A DNA stretch of 64,000 nucleotides from Scenedesmus sp. PABB004 (Eukaryota). The stretch lies in contig JABVCE010000012.1 in NCBI GenBank assembly GCA_014905635.1, positions 434,001 through 498,000 of the forward strand, written 5' to 3'. A model generated the notes under the pieces. It saw nothing but the letters and a program-made list of their open reading frames with translations, had not been told where the DNA came from and ran no database searches. How positions within the stretch are numbered: position 1 is the first letter of the stretch; each line of letters starts with the position of its first letter. Positions 11,901-23,922 of this stretch are shown piece by piece. A program made the position numbers and the translations under genes.

Positions 11901-13724
11901 GCTGCAGCGGCACGCTCGACGCGCAGGGCGTGTGCTGCGGCGGCGCGATCGACGAGTGCGGCGTCTGCGACGGCGCCAACTCGTGCGATGCAAAGGCCGA
12001 CGCGCTCGGGTCGCTGCCCTCGGCGGCGCTGTTCCTCATCCCCAACTCCAACGCCAACCGCCGCCTGCGCGGCGCGATCCAGGACGCCGTCGCGGCCGCG
12101 CTCGCGCAGGCGAGCGGGCGGCCCGCCGACCGCGGCCGCGTCGGCGTCGTGCTGTCGGCGTACGCGCCGCCGGGCGGCGACGCGGGCGCGCCGGCGCAGG
12201 CCGGCGCCGACGGCGGCGTCGCCGTCGTGGCGAGCCAGTTTGGCGGCGGCGCGAGCGGCGGCGCCGGCGACGGCGGTGGCGCCTTCCCGCAGCAGCTCGA
12301 CGTCGCCGCGCCGCCGCAGCCGGCCGCGCCCGCGGCCGCGGCCGGCGGCGCGGCGCTCGGCGGCGGCGGCGCGGCGCCGGACGGGGCGCCGCCCTTGGCG
12401 CAGCCGGGCGGCACCTTTATCAGCAGCACGAGCACGCTCGCGCCGCCCGCGGCGCAGCCGGTGCAGCTCGACACGGTCAGGGGCGACGACAGCACGGCGC
12501 TGAACGTCGCGGTGCGGCAGGCGCCCAACGCCGCGCCTGGAGGCGTGCCCGGCAGCGCCTGGTACCTGGCCGAGCGTGCCGGGCGCCGCCTGGCGGGGCG
12601 CGTCGCGGGCGGGCTGCGGCGCCTGGCGGCCGCGGCGGCCGCGCCGCCGCCCGTGCCGTCGACGCTGGCCGCGCCGACCAACGGCACGGCGGCGGCCGCG
12701 GCGGCGCCGGCCGGCGCTGGCGGCGCAGCCGCGGCGGCGCCCGGCGGCCCCGCGCCGGTGGCGCCCGCCAGCCCCGCGCCCGCCAGCCCCACGCCGGCGC
12801 CGGCGGCCAGCCCCGCGCCGGCGACGCCCGTGGCGGCGCAGCTGTCCGGCGACGCGACGCCCGCGACGAGCAGCAACACCGTCGTGGTCGGCGTCACGCT
12901 GCACAGCGCCCCGGGGCAGCCCGGGCCCAACACGGGGCTCGTGCTGCTCGCGCTGAGCCGGCTGCTGGGCGAGCCGCTGCCCGTGCCCGGCAGCCGGAGC
13001 AAGCTGACGCTGCGCGAGGTGGTGTCGGTCGTGCGCGCGGGCACGTGCGGCGACGGCGTGTGCCAGGTGCGCGGCGGCGCGCGGCGCGTGCGGCGGCGGC
13101 GGGGGTCGCGCCGCGGCGGCGCCGGCGCCGGCGGCCCGCGCGCCGATCGCCGCCGCGCCGCGCTCCGCTTCCCGGCCTCCCTGCCGGCCTCCCTGCCCCT
13201 CCCACGCCGCCCGCCGCCCGCCCGCGCGGCCCGCGCAGGTCAACGAGCGCGTGTCGTGGAACAACCCGGACAGCTGCCCCGCCGACTGCGCGCTGCCGTT
13301 CCTATCGTGCCCGCCGTTCAACGCGAGCGGCGCGGCGTGCGCGGGGCGCGGCGTGTGCTTCAACTCCATCGGCGCCTGCTCCTGCGCGACCGGCTACACC
13401 GGCGCCGACTGCTCCATGTGCGCGCTCGACTACAAGCTGGTCAACTCGTTCTGCGTCGCCGCGGCGGCGCTCGCGCCGCGGTCGGCCTGCGCCGGCGCGA
13501 GCTGCGCGGGCGGGACGGCGGTGCTGACAGTGACCAAGAGCCTCGCCGAGCTCGGCGCGCAGCGCAGCCTCGCCGGCGGCGCCGCGGCGGTCGCGTGCGT
13601 GACGCTCGGCAGCCTCGCCGCCGTCGCCGGCGCGGCGCTGCTCGTGCGCCGCGCGCGCCACCGCCACCTGCTGCGCGAGTACGAGGCGCAGGTGCAGAGC
13701 AAGGCCGCCGAGTGCCAGGCGTGA
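8713..13724 (+). CDS. Multi-exon type I membrane/cell-surface protein: signal peptide, thrombospondin type-1 repeats, Pro-rich linkers, Cys-rich repeats, EGF-like domain, transmembrane helix
   Basis: Signal-like AAALAVLLLALAAG. TSP1-like AWSVGDYGNCSALCGGGRQARRVAC, WGACNSSCGAGSRTRSATC and WSYGDWACNNTAGCGGG. DACGVCNG/DECGVCDG repeats. EGF-like CAGRGVCFNSIGACSCATGYTGADC. Hydrophobic helix followed by RRARHRH. Confidence 0.75.
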
Positions 13725-14132
13725 CATGTGGGCAGCTGGGGGAGAGCCGGGGCGCCTGCGCGGGGGCGCGATGCACATACAACATCGGAACCGGGGGCGC
13801 CGGAAACGCGCGGCCGGCGACGGTGTTTGACCGCTGCCGCACCGCCCGCACGCGCCGCCCCTGCCCGCGCCGCCGAGCGCGGAGCAAGCCTGTGGCTTCG
13901 GACGGCCAACGCGGCGTGCGCTGGGGCGGCGCGGGCGCCCGGGAATGCGGGGCGCTCGTGCGGGCGTCGCGCAGCGGGGTTTTGGCAGCGGCGCTCGCCC
14001 CGCTCGGGGCCCCCTCCGCGACGCACGCCAGAGCTGTCGCACCACAAACGCCCACGCCCAGCGAGAAAGCGAGCCTCCTGAGCCCGCTCGACACCCCCCG
14101 AACTCGCTCCGCGCAACCCTTTGCCCGGCGCC

Positions 14133-14816
14133 ATGGCGGACATGGGCCTGAAGTACGACCTCGACGTCGCGGAGCGCGGCGTGGAGGAGGGCAACCCGGA
14201 GGCCCTCGCGCACCTGGTCGACCCCGGGCGCGCCGGCATCCCGGTGCGTGCGGCGGCCCCTGGGCGTGCTGGATGCGCCGGGCGGCCGCGCGGCGTCTAT
14301 GTATGCCGACGTGGTCGGGCCGCGCGCCGCTGCGGGGCCGCGGCGGGCCGGGGGCGGTGGCTATCGATGCGGCATCTACGCCCGCGCTGGCCGCCGCGGC
14401 ACCGCGCCTTCCGTGTCGTGCGCGCGACCCGACGCCTCTCACGTGACGCCCGATATCACCGAGACCGAGCGTGGCGCGCTGCGCGACGCGCGCCGACCGC
14501 CTCGCCGCCGCTGCCCCGCAGGAGGCGCAGGAGGCCCACGCCTTTGCGACAACCTCCGAGGTCGATCCCCCGCTCGAGGTAGGGGCTGGCTGACGCGGTG
14601 GCCACGACAGCCGGGCTGGGCGGGCTGTGGGTGCGAGGCGCCCGTCCGGCTGCGCGTGCGCCAACGGCTGCGCCGTCGCCCGCCGCCCCCCGCGCGCCCC
14701 TCCGCTCCGCCCGCCCGCAGCTGATGGGCAACCACCACCAGCGCGACCGGGTGGGGCTGCGCGCCGCTGTTGCGTCGGACGCCGGGCACGCCGCGCGCCA
14801 CGCGGCCGCCCGTTGA
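14133..14816 (+). CDS. Small hypothetical protein (multi-exon)
   Basis: Coding-like exons 14133-14243 (MADMGLKYDLDVAERGVEEGNPEALAHLVDPGRAGIP), 14522-14578 and 14721-14816, flanked by GT/AG. Internal exon structure uncertain. Confidence 0.5.
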
Positions 14817-15310
14817 CGTCGACGCGCGCCGCCGCCGCCCTCGCAGGCAGCCAAGGACTAGGGCATGCGGCGCGCGGCCCGAGCGCGCGGGCGCCGGGGG
14901 CTGCTTGGGGGGAGAGGGACAGCCAGCTGCCTGATGGTTGAGCCGGCTGCGGCGGCCGCGCCGGCTGTGTGTGTGTGCCTGATCCGAGACTGCGCGCGCC
15001 AGCGGCGCTGCACCCGCTGTGCTGCTGGCGAGCCGCGCGGCGCGTGTCGCGCGACGATGACCACGCGCGCCCGCAATAAGTTGACCTGCATGCAGCGCAG
15101 ACCCTCCCAACGCGGTCAGTAATGGAACCACCTGCCTGCAGCCTCCCGCCGCGGCCAGCGCACGATGCGGCGGCCCCGCGGCCGCGCGCGGGCCCTGCCC
15201 TCACACGACGCGGCCGCGCTCCAGCCAACCGGCAGGCAGCGCCAGCAGGGTTGCCAATCAACGCCCGCGCAGGCAAGCGATCGCTTGCGGCTGGCTCGTG
15301 AGCCAGCCGG

Positions 15311-16052
15311 TCAACACGGCGCGGCCCGAGCCGCAGCCGCGGCAGCCGCGGCCGCGGCCAGCAGCAGCGCGCCCGCGCGCGGCGAGCGCCGCGGCGCCGC
15401 GGCGCTCGCGGCCGCCGCCGCGCGGGGGCTCAGCGTGACGCCCGGCGGCGCGCCGGCGCCGCCGCACTGCGCGCTGCCGGCGGGCAGCTGCCCCGGGCCG
15501 CACACGGGCACCGCCGGCCGGCCGCCCCCTGGGCCCGCGACCGCAGCGCCGGCCGGCTCGGCGGGGCCGGCGCCCGGCGGGCCGCCGTCCTGCTCCAGCG
15601 CCGCCTCGGGGTTGGGCGCGCACAGCCAGACGCTCGCGTTTCGCCGCTCGCAGGAGGATTGTGCCGCGCAGGCCGCGCCGCCCCAGGCCGCGTCGCCGCA
15701 GGGCACGCCGATGGTCGTGTTCTCGCACAGCCCGCCGGCGCCGCCGCACTGCTCGCCCTCCTGGAGCGCGGTCGCGTTGGGGGTGCCGCCGCCCTGGCCC
15801 GCGGCGGGCGCGGCGAGCGCGAGGAGCGCGACGGCCTGCGGCGCGGCGCGGCGCGGCGCGGGCGTCGCCGCGGCGCCCAGCTGGCGCTGCCAGCAGCTGA
15901 GCTTCAGGGTGCCTGAGCTGTGACTGAGCCGCGCAGCGGGGGAAAGCACCGCAGCCGTGGGCAGCGCGTGCGCGCCGGCCGCCGGCAGCTGCTGCCGCCC
16001 CCGCCGCGCGCACCGCAGCGAGGGCCACGCCTAGGGAGCGCGTCCACGCCAT
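15311..16052 (-). CDS. Secreted Cys-rich protein with a CBM1-like (QCGG) carbohydrate-binding module
   Basis: [26 protein letters not shown] signal peptide, then [12 protein letters not shown]...[28 protein letters not shown] and a second AQCGG. The 3' end is uncertain. Confidence 0.55.
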
Positions 16053-16338
16053 TCCCCGGGGCTCGTGGGCCGCCTGTGACGGAGTGGAGCAGCTGCAGCT
16101 GCCCGCGGCGCGCAGCTGCTGCCGGCACCGCCGCTGCTGCTCGCGCGCAATTCCGCCCCGACAGGGCTCGGGGAAGAGGCGTGAGACTGAGCGGAGCGCC
16201 CGGATGCCCGCCGGGCGCCGCCGAGGGGCCGTGCGCTTCGGGGCGGGCGCTGGAGCAACCGCGGCGGTTCGGCACCGACTGGCGCGGAGCGGCTGCGTGC
16301 TCACGGGCGTGTGGACCAACGCGGTCTGTCACCCAACC

Positions 16339-16552
16339 GCGTCGCAGCACGGCCGCCCCCCGCGGCACCAGCAGCAGCTCGCGCAGGCGGCGGCCGCAGG
16401 CGCCGGCGCGCGGTCGCAGCGGCCGGCGGCCGTGGCGGGCGCAGGCGTGGCGACGGCGCCAGGGAGTGCTCGGCGCCGGTCGTGAGCGACGGCTGCAGCC
16501 ACGCGGGCGGCCGCGCGCCGCGAGCGACGCCTCGACCAGGCGCCGCTCAGGC
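16339..16552 (+). repeat. Diverged inverted copy of a segment of the importin-like gene (36252-36483)
   Basis: [18 protein letters not shown]...[18 protein letters not shown] aligns with [18 protein letters not shown]...GDDASMCSASIVSDSSH, with a frame change in this copy. Confidence 0.7.
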
Positions 16553-17239
16553 TGCCAGCCGCGGCCGGCCGCGGCAGCAGGCAGGTGCGCAGCGCCCGCC
16601 GCGGGCTCGCGCCGCGGGCCGCAGACAACTGCAGTGGCTGATGGCGGCGAGGCGAGAGGCGCGCCGCGAGCCACGCCCGGCACCGCTGCTGCTGCTGCGG
16701 CTGCCGCCGCGGGCGCGCTGCACCGCCGCCGCCGGCTGCGACGGGCCATCCCTGGCGTCGCCTGCGGGTGCTCCCGAGCCGTCCCTGGCGGCGGCGGCCG
16801 GCGGCGCGGCCGGCGCCGGCTGCAGGCGGCGGGCGAGCGCCGCGCGTGCGGTGGGCGGGGCGCGCTGGCGCCGCGCGCCCGTTTCCTGCCGCCCGGCGGC
16901 GGGCGGCGGGCGGGAGCAGGGAGTGGGGCCGACGTGGCGGGGCGCGCTCGGCGGGCACGACAGCGGCGCGACGCGCGCGTGCCAGAAGCGCGGCGGCGCA
17001 GCGCCCCGCGCCGCGCGCCCCGCTGCGCGCCGGCCTGTGGCCCTCCCCGCTGCCGCGCCGCCCTCCACACGCTCGTCCCGCTTGCCTGGTTGCGCTCCGC
17101 CACGCCTGCCGGTGCGCCCTCCCCGCCCCCGCAGCAGCCGGCCCGCCATCAGCAGCAGCAGCAGCCGGCGCCCACACAGCAGCAGGCGCGGGCGCTGCAG
17201 CGGGCGCGGGGCCTGATCCGTGAGGCGCGCGCGGGCGTG

Positions 17240-17665
17240 ATGACGGGCGTGTCGGTGCCGCGCAACTTCCGGCTGCTGGAGGAGCTGGAGAAGGGCGAGA
17301 AGGGCATCGGCGATGGCACCGTCTCCTACGGCATGGAGGACGCCGACGACATGCTCATGCGCCGCTGGACGGGGACCATCATCGGCCCCAGCAACAGCGT
17401 CCACGACGGCCGCATCTACACGCTCAAGATTTTCTGCGACAACGACTACCCCGAGCGCCCGCCCCAGGTGCGCTTCCAGAGCCGCGTCAACATGGACTGC
17501 GTCCTCCCCGACGGCCGCGTCGACGCGGGGCGCTTCGGCGTGCTGGGGCAGTGGCGGCGGGAGTACTCGATGGAGACGGTGCTGTCGGAGCTGCGCCGCC
17601 AGATGGCCTCCCCGCTCAACAAGAGGCAGCCGCAGCCGCCCGAGGGCACCATGTACCCGCAGTGA
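17240..17665 (+). CDS. UEV1: Ubiquitin-conjugating enzyme E2 variant (UEV1/MMS2), intronless
   Basis: [32 protein letters not shown]...WTGTIIGP...[18 protein letters not shown]...QPPEGTMY is the hallmark UEV sequence. Confidence 0.95.
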   Translation: MTGVSVPRNFRLLEELEKGEKGIGDGTVSYGMEDADDMLMRRWTGTIIGPSNSVHDGRIYTLKIFCDNDYPERPPQVRFQSRVNMDCVLPDGRVDAGRFGVLGQWRREYSMETVLSELRRQMASPLNKRQPQPPEGTMYPQ

Positions 17666-18222
17666 CCCGCCCCGCGCCGTCGGAGGCGCGCGCGGCGCGG
17701 CGGCGCCCGCGCGCGGCGCCGCGCGGGCGCGGCGCGGCGGCGGCGGCAGCAGCGCGGCGCGCGCCGGCGCAGCAGCGGCGGCGGCGGCGGCAGCTGGGGC
17801 GGGGAGCTGGCGCCGGCGCCGGCGCATGACGCGGCTACCACGGCGCAGGCGCGCGCCCCGGCTAGGCTAGGCCGGGGCAGCAGCAGGCGGGCGAACCGGG
17901 CTAGCGAGCGCTCGCTCGCTAGCGAGCGAGCGGGGGACGGAGGGGGTCCTCTCTGCACTTGGGCACGCACGCATCGCTCGGTGGCGGCCCGCGCGGCCAG
18001 CCGCGGCGCCGCCTGCGCGCGGTGAGCGCCCGGCCGCCGCCGCGTCTCTCTTTTTGTCTTGCGTCGCGCGCAGCGCGCCGCTGGGCGGCGGCTGCAGCGA
18101 GCGGAGCGGCCGCTGCTGCTGCAGCGCCTGCGTACGGAAGGGGGCGCGCGCGAGGGCGGGAGGGGGGAGGCAGCAGGTAGAGGGCCCGAGCGGTTTAATC
18201 CAACGTGCGCGATGCAGTTGGG

Positions 18223-19200
18223 TCAGACGTCGTCCACCGCCGCGGGCTGCGCCCGGATCCACGCGACCACGGCCTCGTGCCGTCTGTGTGCCGCGCGCTC
18301 GCACATGGCGCGCCGTTGGCAGCCGCCAACGGCGCCGTTGGCACGCAGCCAGCGCAGCACTTCCAGGTGCCCGTGCTCAGCCGCCGCCCAGCACACCCAC
18401 TCGCTCCACGGCGCGGGCTCCGCCTGGGCGCGCGCCCAGCGCAGCATCTCCGCGTCGCCGCGCCAAGCAGCATGGGAGCACACGTTGTTGCCCCAGGGCA
18501 GCGGCGGCGTGTGCGCGCGCGCCAGTGCAGTGCGGCCAGCTGCCCGGCAGAGGCTGCTTCTTCGCACACGCGCCCCAGGTCGAGCCCCTCCCCGCGCGCC
18601 CACTCCAGCACGGCGAGCTGGCCGGCCTGCGCCGCTGCGTGCCCCACACCAAAGTCCATGACGCAGCCGGCGCCGCGAAGCCAGGCCAGCCCCGCCACGT
18701 CGCCGCACGCAGCGCGCGCCCCGGCCAGCCGCTGCTGCGGCCAGCCAACCTGCACCGCCTGCCAGGCCGCCTGCACCGCCGCCAGCGGCAGGTCGGGGCA
18801 GCGCAGCGAGACGCGCTTGGCGCTGCGAAAGCGCTCGCGCGCCGCCTTGCAGACCAGCCTGGCGGTCCACGCCTGCAGGTCCGGCGGCAGGAAGCTCAGG
18901 GCGTGGAGCACGAGCGGCTCGGGCAGGTCCCCCCACAGGCTGCTGGCGGCGCGGCGCAGCGGGCGGGGCGGCGGGGCGGGCGGCGAGCGGTCAGGCGGCG
19001 CTGCTGCCGGCGGTGGTGGCTTGTGGGCAGCGCGTGCCGTGCCAGGCAACACCAGCCAGGGGGCACCAGCTGCAACGGCAGCGGACCCACCTCATCGCCG
19101 CCTCTGCCCCAGCCAGCGCCTCGCCTGCCGCCGCTGCGGCCGCGGCGCGCGCGCTCGTGGTCCGCCCCGCGTGCCGCTTGCCTGCCGGCGCAGCAGACAT
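18223..19200 (-). pseudogene. F-box-like/ankyrin-like repeat gene, cassette D (frameshifted); cassette extends to about 19810
   Basis: Exons 19200-19091 and 18942-18223. A 1-nt loss at about 18525 (CAC TGG CGC versus consensus CAC TGG GCG CGC) could be an assembly error. Boundary motif at 19784-19810. Confidence 0.65.
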
Positions 19201-20433
19201 GGCGCCGCCTGACAGCCTGCGCGCCAGCAGGGAGCAGCAGGCGGGGCGACGGCAGCAGCGGGCGAGCGCGCGGGCGGCGTGAGCCCGGCAGCAGCAGCGC
19301 GCTGCGCCCGCGCCCCCGCCCCGCGCCCGCGCCCGCGTCCCGGCGCGGCGGCGCGACGGCGGGCCCGCCAGCGACGCCCGAGGCGCGCAGACCCGGCGGC
19401 CCACGCCACACGCCCGCCCGCCGCGCACCGCCGGTGCCCCCGCAGCCCGCGGCGGGCGCCGCGCAGCGCGGCCCGCCCGCCGCCGCTGCCCTCCCCGCCC
19501 GCCCGGCGCGCCCGGCTCGCCTGGCGCTGCACTGGGAGGCACGAGCTAGTCACCAGGAGCCCGCAGATCCGCGCCCCGCTTGGCCAGGGGCGCGCGCCGC
19601 GGGCGGGGGGCGGGCGCTGGGCGGCGGCGGCGCGGCGCGTGCGGGCGCTGTGGGCGGCGCGGCTGGCGCTTGTGCGTGTGTGCGCGTGTGGCAGGGGCAC
19701 TGAAGGCGGCGGCTGTGGGCGGCGGGGCGGCGCGCACGGAAGGGCCCTCCTCGGCTGCACGGCGCGGGCAGCCGGCCGGGCGGCGCCTGCGCCCTGTGCC
19801 CTGCACCGCCGCCGGATGGCTGGCGCGCCGGGCGTCAACCAGGCCGTTTAAACCGACCGCCAGCGCACCCCCTTCATCATATGATGATGGCCGAGACCGA
19901 TGGATTGATGGTGCTGGAGCAGGGTGGCGCGCGCGCTCAGCCGCCGTCTCAGCGGCGGGGCGGCGAGCAGGGAACGGGCGGCGCGTCGCACACAACGCAT
20001 GGCAAGTGAAGCCCCACCGGTGGGGCGCCGGTACCGGCGCGGCGCACGCGGTCAAGCAGTCAAGCAGCAGCCCCCGGGGAAGACGGCGTCGCCCTGGCGG
20101 CACGCGCGTTTGTCGACACGACCCCGTCCCAGTGCCTTGGCCCTGCTGCCCCCCTCCCCTGGCAAACGGTTCGACCAACGCCACCCCGCCCGCGCGCAAC
20201 GCGCCCCCCGCTGCGTCTTGCCGCCCCGCCCTGTCAGCCCGCCTGCACCGTTGCGTGCGGGCGACCCCCACTGTGTGTGCAGTGTTTGAGAACACGTTGG
20301 ATGGGCACACACGTTGGCAGGCCCGTTCCCCCGCAGCGGGCGCTGCGGGCCCATCAAAGCAACGCCGCCGACGCCGCCCCCCCCCCCCCCGCGCGCAGCC
20401 CCGGCCCCTCCCCCCGACCCAGTCCACCTTTGC

Positions 20434-23323
20434 TCACGCGCGCGCGGGCGCCGGCGCACGCGCGCCGGCGCCGGTGCCGCGCAGCGCGGCGCCGCGCGCG
20501 CGCAGGAAGCGGCGCCGCATCGTCAGCTCGAGTGCCCAGCACAGCGCGACCGAGAGCGCCGCCGCGGCGGCCCAGCGCCGCGTGGCGGGCGCGAGGCCGA
20601 ACACCTGGCCCAGCACCGCGGCGCTGACCGCGGCGTCGAGCACGGCGCACGCCGCAAACGGGCGCAGCCGCATGTGCTGAAGGAAGGGCCGCAGCGCGGC
20701 CGTCGCGAGCTCGCCCCGCCCCGCCCATATGGCGCGGTAGGCGCGCAGCGGCAGCGCGTACGCCGGCGCCGGCCGCCCCGCCGCCGCGCCGGCCGCCGCG
20801 ACGACGAGCGCGAGCGCCGCGCAGCAGGGGGCGACGAGGAACAGCCGCAGCTCGCGGTGCCTGGGCGCGGCGCGGGGCGCAGGGCGCGCGGCGCGGGGCG
20901 TGTCAGGGGGTGGGGAGGGCGCGTCCGGGCGGGCGGCGGCGGGCCCGGGCCCGGGCGGAGCGCAGGGGTCGGACGTGGTGGGGGACCCCGCCCGCCGACG
21001 GCGTCGGCCGCCGCCGCGCCGCGCACCGTGGCGGCAGCGCGGCGCCCGCGCAGCGCAGGTCGCCGCAGGGGCAGGGCGCGGGCCTGCGCCACGGCCGCGG
21101 CCGCCGGTGAGCGCCGGCGGCGGCCGGCGCCGCCCTCCCTCGACCACCAAACGCGCAACACCCAACACACGCAACACACAACACACGCAAAACGCGTCGC
21201 CGCCCGCTGCGGTGCGCACCTCTGGAACGCCCCCCGCATGCCGAGCATCAGCGGCACGTGCGGCGCGACCTGCGGCGGGGCGCGCGGGCGCGCGGCGGCG
21301 GCGCGGCGGGGTCGGCGGCGGCGGCGGCGCGCGCAAGCATACTCGCCCTCGCGCCCCCCGCCCCCGCTCCCTCTGTTTCTCTCCATCCCCCCATCCCTCG
21401 CGGCCGCCCGCGCACCCACCTTGACGGCAATGTAGAGGGCGTACCAGAGCGTGGCGGGCTCGGCCACGGCGCGGCGCAGCAGCGCGCACAAGTAGGCCGC
21501 GCCAAAGAGCGACGCGGCGTAGTCGAGGTGCAGCAGCGCGTGGTGCTTCCACGCCAGGTAGCTGCGCGTGGCGCGCGGGGCGTCGCGGCGAGCGCGCGCG
21601 CGGGCGGGCGGGCGGGCGGGCGGGCGGGCGTGGGCGCGCGGGGGGCTTGGGTGTGTTGGGGGCGCGCGCAGGGCGCGCGCGCGGCGCGGGCGCACCTCTG
21701 CTCCAGCCGCGCGTCGGCAAACTGCGTGAGCGGCAGCCACCAGGGCGCGCCCGCCGCGACCGCGGCCGCGACGGCCGCCGCGGCGTCGGCGTCGGCCTCG
21801 GCCGTGCCCGGCGCGGCGGCGGCGCCGCCGTGCCGCGCGCCCTTGCCGGTCCCGGCGGCCGCGCCGGCCGCCACGGCCTCGAGCGCCGGCTTGGCGCCCT
21901 CGTCGGCTTGCGGGGGCGCGGCGCTGCTGCCGCCGCCGCCGCCGCCGCCGCCGCAGACGCCGCTCTCGGGCACGGCCGCGGCGGCGGGCTTGCGCCGCCG
22001 CGGCCCCTCCAGCTGCCCCGCGCCCCGCGCCAGCTCCGCCGTCTCCCCCGGCGCCTGCTCCGGCGCCTGCTCCGCCGACGCGGCTAGCGCGTCCTCGGCG
22101 GGCAGCTGCACCGCCGGCGGCGCCGATTCGGCGAGGCTGTGTAGCCGCGCGAGCTGCTGGTCTCCCCACTGTGCGCGCAGGCCCGGCGGCAGGCAGCCCA
22201 GGAGCAGGCCCAGCAGGTTGACCAGGCCGTGCCCCGCGCAGAACGGCAGCAGGAGCGGGAACAGCAGCTGCTCCGCGAGCTGCGCCAGCGCGGCGCCCGG
22301 GTCGAGTGCGCTGGCCGCGGCGGCCGCCGTGTCGGCCGGCGCGGCCGCTGCCGCGGCCGATGCGGCCGCGCCGCCGCCGCCGGCGTCCGGCCCCGAGCCG
22401 CCGGCGGCCGCCCCCGCGCCCGCCTCCTCGGCGGCGCGCGCGAGCTGCAGCACGGCGTGCACGTCCTGCGCCAGCTGCGCGTAGTGCCCGAACGCCGCCT
22501 GCTCCACCGCCATCGCCTCCTCCGCAAACGCGGCCGCGCCGGCGCCGCCCGGCGAGCGCGGCGGCGGCGCCGCGCGGCGCTGCTCCGCCTGCACCTCCTG
22601 CCTCATCGCTGGTAGTAGCAGCTGCTGAATCTCCTGCTGCGCGCGCGCCGGCATCACGAGCAGGGGCAGCTCCGCGACGACGTGCGCGGTCAGCGGCGGC
22701 GCCGCGCCGGCGCCGGCGCCGGCGCCGCCCGGCGCGCCGCTGGCGCCGCTCGCCAGCAGCGCCAGGTGCAGCGCGTCCAGCGGGCGCTCCGCGGGGCGGC
22801 GCGGGACCGCGACGTGCAGGTTCAGCGGCGCTGACCACGCGACGCCCGCGTCGGCGCCGGCGCCGGCGTCGTCCGGCGGCTCCGCGCGCGGCGGCGCCTG
22901 CGCGAGCAGCTGCGCGAGGCCCACGCGGCGCTGCAGCAGCAGCTGCATGCGCCGGTCCAGCACCATGATGCGGAGCTCGGCGCCCGCGAGCGGCAGGCCC
23001 AGCGGCGGCGGCGCCCCGCCGCCGCCCGCGGCGGCCGCGGCGCCGCCGCCCGGCAGCACGACCGCCGCGACGCCGCCGTGGCCGCCGGCCAGCGCGGCCG
23101 CCGCGGCCGCGGCGGCCGCGGCCGCGGCGCCCGCTTCGGGCGCCGCGGGCGGGCGGCGCGACAGGCGCAGGCGCAGGTGGAGGAGCAGCTCGTGCTCCAG
23201 GCCGTCCGCTGGCGCGGGCGGCCCCGGGTGCGCCGCCAGGCAGGCCGGCGCCAGCGCCAGGAGCTCCAGGCCGCTCACCCAGGCCGGCGGCGGCGGCGCG
23301 TGCGGCGGCGCCGAGGAGGCCAT
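20434..23323 (-). CDS. Hypothetical multi-exon protein with several C-terminal hydrophobic helices
   Basis: Long coding-like exon from MASSAPP... (VVAELPLLVMP, FADARLEQ), followed by short exons SYLAWKHH..., VAPHVPLML... and a hydrophobic last exon ending at 20434. Confidence 0.6.
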
Positions 23324-23922
23324 GCGCGCGGCCGCCCCCGCGCGGCGCGCTCACCGCCGGCGCCGCGCGCTCGCGAGCCCGCGGCGGCGCGCGTCGCGGC
23401 GGCCGCGCCCCGGGACGACGAGGGCGCGCTCGGCAGCCCTCCGCGGCACCGCGATGCCGCCCCGGCCGCGCATCGGCGGGCGCAGGCCGGCCCGCGGGCG
23501 CGCCGCGGGCACGCACGCAGGGGCCCGCGGGCCCCGGAATCGATCGGCTGTAGGCTCGGTCTCTGACGCCCCGGGCGCGCGGACACGGGCCCGGATTGCG
23601 GGGCGAGGGGGGTGAGCCGCCCGGTGCGCGGTCGGTTCGATCTCGGAGGCTGCTCTTAGAGACGCGGGATGGGCGGGTGTGTGCCGCCAGCGGCGGGTGC
23701 GGTGCGGCGGCGGCGGCGCGGGGTGCGGCGGCGCGCGCGGCGACATAAACTTGCGCCCTGCTTCGCGATAGGCCCTTCTCCAGTCGCCGTGGCGCACACA
23801 CTCGCTGCTCACGCGCGGGCGCTGCGCGTCAACCGCCGCAACCGACCTATCGCCGCCGCCGTGAGCGAGAGCAGCGGCGCCGCCGCGCGGAGCGGACCAC
23901 TAGGCGCAGCGGCTAGCGGATC

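Noticed and set aside
15060..15135. Minus-strand peptide RVCAACRSTYCGR resembling a MYND finger, with an 11-bp match to 16316-16326
   Set aside because: The ligand set is incomplete and I could not build a supported exon structure.
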